Origin: a bacterium
GTDB lineage: Bacteria > Desulfobacterota > Binatia > UBA1149 > CAITLU01
Direction of reading: 5' to 3'
NCBI GenBank assembly: GCA_003354045.1
Contig: PIVZ01000003.1
Coordinates: forward strand, 1 to 40,038
DNA: 40,038 bases
Under the pieces are notes generated by a model that saw only the letters and a program-made list of their open reading frames with translations, was not told the origin of the DNA and ran no database searches. Shown piece after piece: positions 8,508 through 16,846 of this stretch (positions within the stretch are counted from its first letter, which is position 1; every line of letters starts with the position of its first letter). The position numbers were made by a program, and so were the translations under genes.

Positions 8508-8972
8508 TCAACCCCCGCCGTGGCAAGTCACCTGCGTGCGCGGCTTTTCCGTGCCGGGGTCGCCGTCTCCAACGACCGTGATCCAGCCAGCCGCTGCACC
8601 CCAGATGATGTCGTCGTCGGCTGCACCACTCAGCGTGGCGTTCAGCACGATTTGGCAGTGGTTTGTGGAGTACGTCGGCTCCAAGCAGTGATAGACGTTG
8701 ACATTCATCGTCCCGCCTGGAGTGGCGCTGTCTACGTCTGCATCGTACAGAACGGTATATTTCATACAGTGCGAGACGGCGAGCAGCGGCGGCGTCGTGT
8801 CGTGCGGATCGTCTTCGTTGTAGTCGAAGCACCGCATATCGTTCTTGCCGATGGTGTTGCTCGTGGTCCCAGATTCAGCAGCGCCGCAAGTCTTCCAATC
8901 GTATGCCGTGGCGGTGCCGGCAAGGAGCAGCCCGAGCAAGAGCCCGAGTGTAATCGAAATGAGATTCTTCAT
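8508..8972 (-). CDS. Exported 6-Cys protein, paralogue of 9931-10365
   Basis: Signal MKNLISITLGLLLGLLLAGTATA; AGGAGG RBS; alignable motifs. Confidence 0.8.
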   Translation of the reverse strand: MKNLISITLGLLLGLLLAGTATAYDWKTCGAAESGTTSNTIGKNDMRCFDYNEDDPHDTTPPLLAVSHCMKYTVLYDADVDSATPGGTMNVNVYHCLEPTYSTNHCQIVLNATLSGAADDDIIWGAAAGWITVVGDGDPGTEKPRTQVTCHGGG

Positions 8973-9366
8973 GTTGTCCTCCTCCGTCACCGTCTGCAAG
9001 GTTCCCGTCGTCGCACGCCTCACCGAATTCGGTGTCCAGCGTGCCGTCGCCGCAAGCCGCCTTCGGAGGGTTCTGCCATGTGGATGCAAACGCATTGACC
9101 GCGAGCCCGACAGAATCAGCCACCGATGCCTCTGCGGTGCGTGTAGAACTGACGACCTCGCCATTCAGCATTCCCATTCGCAGGAAGGCCGTCACGCAGA
9201 TGTCGTTCGACCATTCTGCTGACCGAACCTTCAACTCCAGGCGAAGTTCCTCACACAGTTCAATGCTGCGAGTAACGTTGGCTGCCGGGACCGTGCATGT
9301 CAGATCCACCGCCTGCGCTTGCCCGGCGACGAACAATGACGCAAAAATAATGACAAAATACTTCAT
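8875..9366 (-). CDS. Exported protein with a truncated Myxococcus cysteine-rich repeat
   Basis: Signal MKYFVIIFASLFVAGQAQA; ACGDGTLDTEFGEACDDGNLADGDG; reads on into the next gene. Confidence 0.75.
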   Translation of the reverse strand: MKYFVIIFASLFVAGQAQAVDLTCTVPAANVTRSIELCEELRLELKVRSAEWSNDICVTAFLRMGMLNGEVVSSTRTAEASVADSVGLAVNAFASTWQNPPKAACGDGTLDTEFGEACDDGNLADGDGGGQHEESHFDYTRALARAAPCRHRHGIRLEDLRRC

Positions 9367-9374
9367 GGGTTCTC

Positions 9375-9920
9375 CTAGTTGATTCTTTTGCCATAGACAA
9401 TCACTGAGTAGCCTGCGGCCGAGCCGGTACACGCACACGTACCGCTTACACAGCCATCCGGACCAGTTGCGTTGGATGGTGCATCGTGCCTGGCGACCAG
9501 TATGTTGTTTACAGAAACGGTCGTGTTGGCTAGGTCGGTTTGCGTTTCGGAATCCCCGACAGCTTTTAGGTTCGGGCTTCCGATAAAGAATGTCGCCACA
9601 GTCGCCCCGCCGTTGTCGAGAATCAAGTCGCAACCCTCAGTGCCGGTAAGCGGTGCAACGATAATCCCGACATCTACCCTGGTTATCAGTAGATCATGTC
9701 CAGGGATCACCATCTTCGAACTACCGTTGCAAGCGGCATCGGACGCCAGGGTCTGCCCAACTGATGCACACGTACCCTGCACGAACGCGCCATCATTTAG
9801 TGTGTAGTAGGCAATCGGGTATTCTTGCTCCCCCGGCCCCTTCTTGAGCCGAGTGCTCTGGGCAAACACAGGCAGCGCAATCAGCAGCGCGAGAATCAGT
9901 AGAACGATTGATCGTTTCAT
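9375..9920 (-). CDS. Exported 6-Cys beta-rich protein
   Basis: Signal MKRSIVLLILALLIALPVFA; AGGAG RBS. Confidence 0.8.
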   Translation of the reverse strand: MKRSIVLLILALLIALPVFAQSTRLKKGPGEQEYPIAYYTLNDGAFVQGTCASVGQTLASDAACNGSSKMVIPGHDLLITRVDVGIIVAPLTGTEGCDLILDNGGATVATFFIGSPNLKAVGDSETQTDLANTTVSVNNILVARHDAPSNATGPDGCVSGTCACTGSAAGYSVIVYGKRIN

Positions 9921-9930
9921 TGCGTTGCTC

Positions 9931-10365
9931 CTAGTTGCACTTCACGAGGACGCGGGGGGTGGTCAATACCGGATCGGTAGTGCCCTGCGCGTAAATGAAC
10001 GCAGCCGCCGCACCCAATATCTCGAACGACGTGCTGGCACCCGTCAGCGTCACGTTGTCGATGGGCTTGCAAGAGTCCGTGCTGACCGTGGTCGAGACGC
10101 AGCTAAGAACCCGAATCGTTGTAGTGAACTCGGCCCCCGTATCGTCCGCGTCATACACGATGTCGATGTTGTCGCAGGCATCAACACGGAGAATCGGGCT
10201 CTGCAAGTCCTCAGTCGAAAGGTCTTCGTTCATCTCGAAGCAGGCGATCTGACCGGGCTGCAACATCGGCCCTATCGCCACGTCGTTGATGCAATCCTCC
10301 CATACCGCGCCCGCTGCGGGACCGGCGAGAAGGAGTGCCGCTATCAGGATGCCGATGTTCTTCAT
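9931..10365 (-). CDS. Exported 6-Cys protein, paralogue of 8508-8972
   Basis: Signal MKNIGILIAALLLAGPAAGA; TAAGGAGG RBS. Confidence 0.8.
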   Translation of the reverse strand: MKNIGILIAALLLAGPAAGAVWEDCINDVAIGPMLQPGQIACFEMNEDLSTEDLQSPILRVDACDNIDIVYDADDTGAEFTTTIRVLSCVSTTVSTDSCKPIDNVTLTGASTSFEILGAAAAFIYAQGTTDPVLTTPRVLVKCN

Positions 10366-10375
10366 GTCGTCCTCC

Positions 10376-11089
10376 TTACCACCACCCGTGAACAAAGAAC
10401 TTCCACGAGGCGAGTGTGATTGCTACCAGCGACCCGGTCGTTAGCGACCGCACCGCAGGGTTGTTCGTTTCGCAGACGTAGAAGCTGAGGTTCGTCGCGT
10501 CGGCCCAGACCGTGATACCACCGGCTGCCGTCACGTCTGCGCCTGTCGCCATGCCGCCGATGCCCCACGCCACTTCGTCGCCGACTGCGTAGCCATGTTC
10601 GGCCGAGAGGCATTGCGCGTAGGCTCGGATATGCTTCGGTGGGAAGGTCAGCGAGTGCGCCGTGCTGTACTCCTGATCGAGCGTCATCGTGGCCGCGTTG
10701 GTGGATTCGGCATTCGGGATGGCGCGGAGCATCTCCTGATGCCGCATCGCGCCCTTGTCGATGGCGTCCGCATGAGACGAGTCGCTGAACGGGCCGCTTG
10801 CCGTGTAGGTGTACGTCTGGGTGAGTGGCGTGACGCGCTCCACCTCCCACGTCACCGTGGCGGGGAAGTTCGTAGCGCCGCTGATGGGAACAACCGCACC
10901 GGTTGACCCGCTGCCGCCGGTTACCGAATAGTGCGTGTCGAGCGTCAACTCTGTGCGGGCACCTGTGGCGGTCACGACCTTGACGACTCGGATTTCCGAT
11001 GTGGCGTAGAACTCGAATGTGACCGTCTGCGAGCTTTGGTCGCCGGTTCCCGTGAAGCTGAGTTTTTTGTTGGTGGTTGTTACGCTCAT
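10376..11089 (-). CDS. Short tail fibre (T7 gp17-like N-terminal adaptor + small C-terminal domain)
   Basis: FTGTG..TFEF..SEIRV..TELTLDTHYSVTG..ERVTPLTQ..DAIDK adaptor motif; C-terminal AHSL..P..C..AEHGYAVGDEV. Confidence 0.75.
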   Translation of the reverse strand: MSVTTTNKKLSFTGTGDQSSQTVTFEFYATSEIRVVKVVTATGARTELTLDTHYSVTGGSGSTGAVVPISGATNFPATVTWEVERVTPLTQTYTYTASGPFSDSSHADAIDKGAMRHQEMLRAIPNAESTNAATMTLDQEYSTAHSLTFPPKHIRAYAQCLSAEHGYAVGDEVAWGIGGMATGADVTAAGGITVWADATNLSFYVCETNNPAVRSLTTGSLVAITLASWKFFVHGWW

Positions 11090-14000
11090 TGCATCAAAGC
11101 CTCCCGTGCCGCAACGCGCTTGGCTTCCTGTTGCGTTCGGATGAAGTCGCGGAACTGGTCAAACTGCTCGCCTTGGAAATCACTCTCGATTCCACGCGGC
11201 GGCGCAATGGCGTTCTGCGCCGAGCGCCTGAACCGCGTTACCTCGCCGCGAATCCAAAGCGACTTCGTGCCGTCGGGGCCGTCGGTCTTCATGTTGTAGA
11301 TTTCGCTGATACCGCTGACGTTTCCCGACACAACGGCACTGAGCCATTCTTCAGCGCCCATGCCGTGCGCGTTCTCCAAGGCGTGCCCTGCCAACTCGAC
11401 GTACTTCTCGTACACCTCGGGGAACTGGCGCATGTTCACGTCAACGCCTTGGAATGTGGTCTTCTTTCGGATGCGCTGGACGCTCATGCCCTGAGCGGAA
11501 ATCTCTTCGTCGATGGGGGACTGCTTGACCCTCGACGCCTTGATCGGTGATGTCACGTCAATGATGCGACTGAGTGACGGGCTGTACCCCTGCTCACTCG
11601 TCACGACCTTGCCCCACAGGTCGCGCCGCCGGGTGAGCGATGCCTGCCATATCGGAATCATCGACTGCACCGCCTCAGCAACGCCCACCGGGTCTGAGCG
11701 CGTCGGGTCGGTCAGTTTGGTGGCGCTCCGCAACAACGTGTGGGCAGGAACGAATGAAGACACCAACCGCTCGACCACCACGCCGCCGTACCGCTCCGGG
11801 TCTTTCACCGCATCGACGAGTTGCGACATCGAATAGAAATACGATTTGTTGAGCGAGGTCGTAGCCGTTGCAAGCGTCGCTGCCGCGATGATCTCTGCGG
11901 CCCCGGCAGCGTCCTCTTCGTCCACGTCGTAGTCGTCTATGACTTGCTGCACGTTGGCCGCAATCGAGAACACGAAGCCCGCCGGGTCTGTCCGACTGTA
12001 CGGGTAGTAGGTGTCGCCAACCCGAATGCTCTCGAACCTGACGCCCCTGCGCGTGGCGGCTTCGCGCTCGCCAGCATTGTTGGGGGCCACGCCCGTGATG
12101 TAGCCGTGTGCCGTGAGGTCTGATACTGCGGCGAGAACCGTTGCGCCCACGGCAAGTCGCGCCTTCGCGATTTCGGCCTCGGCCCCACCAGCAGCGATGT
12201 TCTTTCGGAAGTTGGCGTTGAGGTGCGAGAGCGCCGGAACTCGCTCGAACGAATACGACATGAGCTTTGTCGGGATCTTCACGAAAGGCAGAACGACCGT
12301 GGTTGCAAGTCTGCCAAGCGCAATGAACACATCGCCCGGACCACCGCGCATCTGCCCGCCACGCCGCAGGGCCACCATCACCTTTCCGATGGTCCCAACG
12401 TCATCTTGGAATGTGCTGTATAGCGCCATGTCGGCGGCGGCAATGCGGATCTTCTCGGGCGGGTCATTGACGAACTTCACATAGTTCGCGGCGATCTCGT
12501 CTGCTGTGCCGCCAAGTTCAAACGCTGCGCGATGCGCCTGCGCGTGGAGTTCCATGCTGTAGCCGACCGACTTGAACAAGAAGTCTTCCGCGCCCAGCGC
12601 CTTGCCGGGCAGGCGAGTGGCCGCACCAGCAAAGTCCACCGCGCGCCCCAACCCTGATTTCTCCGCAAGACCGAACGCCTTGCTGGAAATCTTCGGCTCG
12701 GGCATGTCCAGCTTGCTGCCCTCGCGGATGTACCGATGCGAAAGGGATTCGCTCGCAGCGTCCACGCTCTGCCCGCGAACGCGCTGCGCTGCCAAACTGA
12801 ACAGGTCATTGATGCCGACCATCAGCCCGTGGAACTGCGCCATCGACTCGCCGGGGGCAACACCGCCGCCCTGCGCGAAGACCTTCTCTGCGACGAACCG
12901 CTCGACGAGGTTGTTTGTGAGAACGATGGAGTTGCCGAGATTGTTGACAATGTGCGTGGATGGAGTCCAGAGGAGCCCGAGAACGAACGACTCCTGCACC
13001 GCCTCGATAGTGCGCGCCATGCGCCCACGACGCATCATTGCGCCGAGCTGCCCCGGCGTGGCCCCATTGGCTGCCGCAGACGCGATCCTGTCAGCGAGCA
13101 GGGCGGTTACCTTCTCGCCACCGGATGCTTCGAGTAGTTGATTGAGCATCCGGCCCTGCTCGTTCGTTCCGCCGACCTTGATGTTCCACGACTGGAGTGC
13201 GCGGGCCGTCTCTGCGCGTGCGCCAAGCACCTGTTCATTGATGGCTTCGAACGCCACGAGTGCCTTGCGGAACTTGAACTGATCGACCGGGCCTGCGTTG
13301 GGTGCTCTCGCAGCAGTGGCAAGATCAACCACTTGTGTCGCCGCGCTATCCCAGACCTTGCGGAATGCAACGGACTCCTCGGCGTTGAGCGTTTGCCCGC
13401 GCCTGCGACGGAGCACACCGCGGGCGGTAAGCCCGAGCCGATCCGCCGCTTCTTCTGTCAGTTGGTTGGGCCGAACGTGCCTGCGGGCTCTCGCCGTGGA
13501 CTCCGCGAAGATGTCCGTCACCTCTTGGAACAACGCAGTCACATCCTCGGGGCTGTCAATTCGCTCCAGATTGACTTCGATCTTCGTCTCTTCGAGCGCG
13601 GCGAGAGCCGTGATTTCTTCCCGACTAATGTTGTCCGTGCCGAACTTCGCCTCGATGCGCTTTTCGGCGTCGGCCAGCCGCTTCGCTCCGGTTTCGGCGG
13701 TGACGAGCCTCGGGCCGTCGAGCGGCCCAATGGACGCAGCGCCCTCGGGCAGAGAGTTTCCGGCGGCTAGATCAAGCCGCTGCTGCGCTTCGGCAATTTT
13801 CGCGTCGATCTCTTCCGCCCTGCCTTGTTGTGCGGACTTCTGCGCGTCGGTGGCATCGGCGGGAAGCGGCTCGGAAAGCGCAAGCTTCTCGCTCTCCAGC
13901 GCCTCGCGCGCCTGCGTCACCCGGTCATCAATCGTGGCCTTCGCGGCGCTCGCGATCTCTTTCTCTTTGGCGATCCGCTTGGCAGCACGACCGGCCTTGA

Positions 14001-14811
14001 TGACACGGAGCCCCTGAAGCACGCCATCTGCCACGATGCCGAGCCCGAAGTCCTCCACACCGTTCTTGAGACGGTTGACGACTGCGGGGTCTTCCTCATC
14101 GCGGGACATGAACTCGTCAATCGGCCCGCGAAGGTCGGGGTTCTCCTCGACGAAGGATTCGAGTGCGCCCTCGAGCGGGTCCATCACGAGGAAACTCGAC
14201 ATGAACCCAGCAACGGCATCGCCGGCGATGCGAGCGGCAGCGCCCGTCAATCCGTGCGCCTGCCGGAACTTGTTCACCTGCCCGACGAGCGGCACGAATG
14301 CCGACATGAACTTCACACCCTCGCGCACGACCGTTCCGCCCATCCCGCGCGGGTCGGGAACCTCGGGCAGACCCTTGCGCGCTATCGCGGCGGGAGTGAT
14401 CGAGCGATACTTCTCCATGATGCGGTCTGCTGCGTCGTCAGACATCACGCCATGCAGCGCGAACTCTCGCATGTCGTCGATGGCGTCGAGCGTACCCACG
14501 ACCGCATCGCGCACGCCGCCGACGGTCTGGAGTGGAACCTGCCGAACCGTGTCGATAGCGGCGCTACCGACGGACTTGACTGCGCCCGCACCCGCCCTCA
14601 CCACGCCCGCAGCCGATGTTGAGTCCGCTGCCGTCGGCTGCCGCTCTTGCGCAAGCTCAAACTTGCGCTCCGCAATCATCGCGTCGATCTCGTCGGAGGC
14701 GATCTCCGTACCGCGATCCTGTCGGTACTTCGCGTAGGGCTGCGACAGATCCTCGGTCACTTCGGCGGGAACCGGATTCGCGTCTTCAGGCGTCAGGATG
14801 GGCTCGGTCAT
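11086..14811 (-). CDS. Large internal virion/DNA-ejection protein (T7 gp16-position analogue)
   Basis: 1241 aa, Ala-rich and helical; LPFVKIP, YSRTDP and RRDLWG motifs; syntenic position. Confidence 0.7.
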   Translation of the reverse strand: MTEPILTPEDANPVPAEVTEDLSQPYAKYRQDRGTEIASDEIDAMIAERKFELAQERQPTAADSTSAAGVVRAGAGAVKSVGSAAIDTVRQVPLQTVGGVRDAVVGTLDAIDDMREFALHGVMSDDAADRIMEKYRSITPAAIARKGLPEVPDPRGMGGTVVREGVKFMSAFVPLVGQVNKFRQAHGLTGAAARIAGDAVAGFMSSFLVMDPLEGALESFVEENPDLRGPIDEFMSRDEEDPAVVNRLKNGVEDFGLGIVADGVLQGLRVIKAGRAAKRIAKEKEIASAAKATIDDRVTQAREALESEKLALSEPLPADATDAQKSAQQGRAEEIDAKIAEAQQRLDLAAGNSLPEGAASIGPLDGPRLVTAETGAKRLADAEKRIEAKFGTDNISREEITALAALEETKIEVNLERIDSPEDVTALFQEVTDIFAESTARARRHVRPNQLTEEAADRLGLTARGVLRRRRGQTLNAEESVAFRKVWDSAATQVVDLATAARAPNAGPVDQFKFRKALVAFEAINEQVLGARAETARALQSWNIKVGGTNEQGRMLNQLLEASGGEKVTALLADRIASAAANGATPGQLGAMMRRGRMARTIEAVQESFVLGLLWTPSTHIVNNLGNSIVLTNNLVERFVAEKVFAQGGGVAPGESMAQFHGLMVGINDLFSLAAQRVRGQSVDAASESLSHRYIREGSKLDMPEPKISSKAFGLAEKSGLGRAVDFAGAATRLPGKALGAEDFLFKSVGYSMELHAQAHRAAFELGGTADEIAANYVKFVNDPPEKIRIAAADMALYSTFQDDVGTIGKVMVALRRGGQMRGGPGDVFIALGRLATTVVLPFVKIPTKLMSYSFERVPALSHLNANFRKNIAAGGAEAEIAKARLAVGATVLAAVSDLTAHGYITGVAPNNAGEREAATRRGVRFESIRVGDTYYPYSRTDPAGFVFSIAANVQQVIDDYDVDEEDAAGAAEIIAAATLATATTSLNKSYFYSMSQLVDAVKDPERYGGVVVERLVSSFVPAHTLLRSATKLTDPTRSDPVGVAEAVQSMIPIWQASLTRRRDLWGKVVTSEQGYSPSLSRIIDVTSPIKASRVKQSPIDEEISAQGMSVQRIRKKTTFQGVDVNMRQFPEVYEKYVELAGHALENAHGMGAEEWLSAVVSGNVSGISEIYNMKTDGPDGTKSLWIRGEVTRFRRSAQNAIAPPRGIESDFQGEQFDQFRDFIRTQQEAKRVAAREALMQ

Positions 14812-16310
14812 TGACTGGCACTCTTCCGCGCGGCCTGCGCCTTCCTGAGTGCATCCCAGTCTCGAATCAAGTCCAATTCGCGCTTGTACTCTCGCTCGGT
14901 GATCTCCCCAGAGCCGAGGTCACGATCCAGCGCGGCCTTGGAACGCGCAAACACATCAGCGTCGATCTGCTTCCGGTCGCTGATGAAGCCGAGTGACTTG
15001 TACGGGAAGGGCATACTCAGGGCGATGTCTACATCCAAGGCCGAGTACCGTTCGGTCAGGTCGGCCTCCTTCTCCCGTATCTCTTGCGTCGTCGCGTTTT
15101 GATGCTCGCCCCACCAATCATCGAACTCGTTGAGCGCCTGATCCTTCAGGTTCTTCTGCGCGGCTTCGATCACGGGCTCTTTGAACGTGACAAGACTCAG
15201 TTTGCTATCGAGCCTCTCGCGTGCCGTGTTGTACGGCTGCCCCGGAACGAAGTCGAGCACACGGGAGCGAGCCTTTGCCCGCATACTCATGGCGGTGCCC
15301 GGCCGGATCCACCCGGCACCCACCGCCCTGTCGATGGTGCTGACGACATCGGGGTCTTTCCGGTCCAGTTCGTCTTCGATGATCCCAAGCGTGAACGGAT
15401 CGTCTTGAACGTCCTCGCCTTCCGGCCCGTCGAATCGGTCCATCAGCATCTTGGTTTTCGTCGCTGGCAGCCGCTTGCGGTAATCCGCCAAGTCTTCGTT
15501 CGTGAACGTGCCGTCGCGGATCTCAATCAAGCCCTGCTCGAAGAGGTCGTCTTCGGCCTGAGTGATTGCCTTTTCTGCCTCGCGGTCCCGACGGTTGAGG
15601 ATGGTCGCGGCCCTGCTCTCGAATCGGAACCGCTCGCCCTCGTCGAGATTTGCATACCTGTCCGTGTTCCCGAGCAGTTCGGCCGGGTTTTCACTGAGCA
15701 GTCGCGTGGCGTCGTCTTCGTCGATGTCGTGATCGAGGCGCAGGAGCGCCTTCGCTGTTTCCGTCGTTCCGGCGTGCGGCTCCAGTAGCAGGATGTCTTC
15801 GCGCGCAGACTCCACCGCCATTTCCCGGGTGAGAGGATCGCCAGCAGCAGCAATCTGCTGTCGGTGCTGAAGAATCATGCGCGGCATACTCGCGAGCACG
15901 TTTTCCCGCCGCCTTGTGTCCCGAACGCCGAGGGCTTCAACCTCTCCGATCTGCTGATTGACGGCGAAGAAGGATTCAAGCTGCGAGGAAACGGCATCAT
16001 CCTCGACCGTGGACATCACGGCGTCGAAGTCCTGCTGCGTACCCTCGCTGAACGCCTCGGGGATGCCCTCCACGTCCTGCGCGAGTTCGGCTTCCTGCTT
16101 CCGTCGCAGCAGACTCGCGGCAAGTTCGCCCTTCTTCTCGGCAAACATCACCGCCCGTTGCTGCGCGTTCTCCTCGTCCTGAATCGCAAACGCCAGATCC
16201 GAAATCTGTTGCATCGCCCCGGCAGCAGCGTTCGGCACCCGCGTAGTCGTCTCAATCGGGACTGCTCCAGATCGGACGGCTCGTGCGACTGTGGGGACGG
16301 GGAGTTGCAT
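14808..16310 (-). CDS. Internal virion protein (gp15-position analogue)
   Basis: 500 aa, helical; synteny. Confidence 0.6.
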   Translation of the reverse strand: MQLPVPTVARAVRSGAVPIETTTRVPNAAAGAMQQISDLAFAIQDEENAQQRAVMFAEKKGELAASLLRRKQEAELAQDVEGIPEAFSEGTQQDFDAVMSTVEDDAVSSQLESFFAVNQQIGEVEALGVRDTRRRENVLASMPRMILQHRQQIAAAGDPLTREMAVESAREDILLLEPHAGTTETAKALLRLDHDIDEDDATRLLSENPAELLGNTDRYANLDEGERFRFESRAATILNRRDREAEKAITQAEDDLFEQGLIEIRDGTFTNEDLADYRKRLPATKTKMLMDRFDGPEGEDVQDDPFTLGIIEDELDRKDPDVVSTIDRAVGAGWIRPGTAMSMRAKARSRVLDFVPGQPYNTARERLDSKLSLVTFKEPVIEAAQKNLKDQALNEFDDWWGEHQNATTQEIREKEADLTERYSALDVDIALSMPFPYKSLGFISDRKQIDADVFARSKAALDRDLGSGEITEREYKRELDLIRDWDALRKAQAARKSASQ

Positions 16311-16846
16311 CAGATCCTCTCGTCTATCCAGTAGCCGCTGGGTACGGTGTGCGGGACGCCCAGGAATCCGCCTGTCGCGGTCGAAGGAGTGCCACTGCCC
16401 TTCACCTCATCCACACGCCGAGAAGCGCCAAGCAGGGTCGATGCGCCGCCCAGAATGCCCTCGAACAGCGCATTCTGTCCGCGCCGCTCTGCGAAGGCGG
16501 CTTCGTTCTCGAATGCGAACTTCTCGCGCAGCGCCGCAACGCGACCCTCTGCGCTGAGTTGCCGAATCACGTCGGCCGCAGAGCCTACGTTCGGATCACC
16601 GCCGCCCTTGGCTGCTCGAGCGCGCGCCGTGCCGACCTTCTGCAACGCGTCGGAGAGCTTCGCGCGGTAGGCTTCTTCGCCCCGTCGCTCGAGGATCTTC
16701 GCGTTGATGCGGCCCTGCCGGTTGCCGAGAATGCCGCCCGCAATCTGGAACCCCGCCGATGCGGCTCCACCCGCAAGGCCGATCTCTCCAGCGTGATCCT
16801 TTGCCCATGCGGAGAGAGCGCCCAACGCTTGTCCGAAGTTAATCAT
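16310..16846 (-). CDS. Internal virion protein (gp14-like)
   Basis: Gly/Ala-rich, GTARARAAKGG..VGSAADV motif; follows tail tube B. Confidence 0.7.
   Translation of the reverse strand: MINFGQALGALSAWAKDHAGEIGLAGGAASAGFQIAGGILGNRQGRINAKILERRGEEAYRAKLSDALQKVGTARARAAKGGGDPNVGSAADVIRQLSAEGRVAALREKFAFENEAAFAERRGQNALFEGILGGASTLLGASRRVDEVKGSGTPSTATGGFLGVPHTVPSGYWIDERI

Noticed and set aside
7666-11089. Diversity-generating retroelement or invertible tail-fibre cassette
   Set aside because: No reverse transcriptase or invertase, and no template/variable repeat pair seen.
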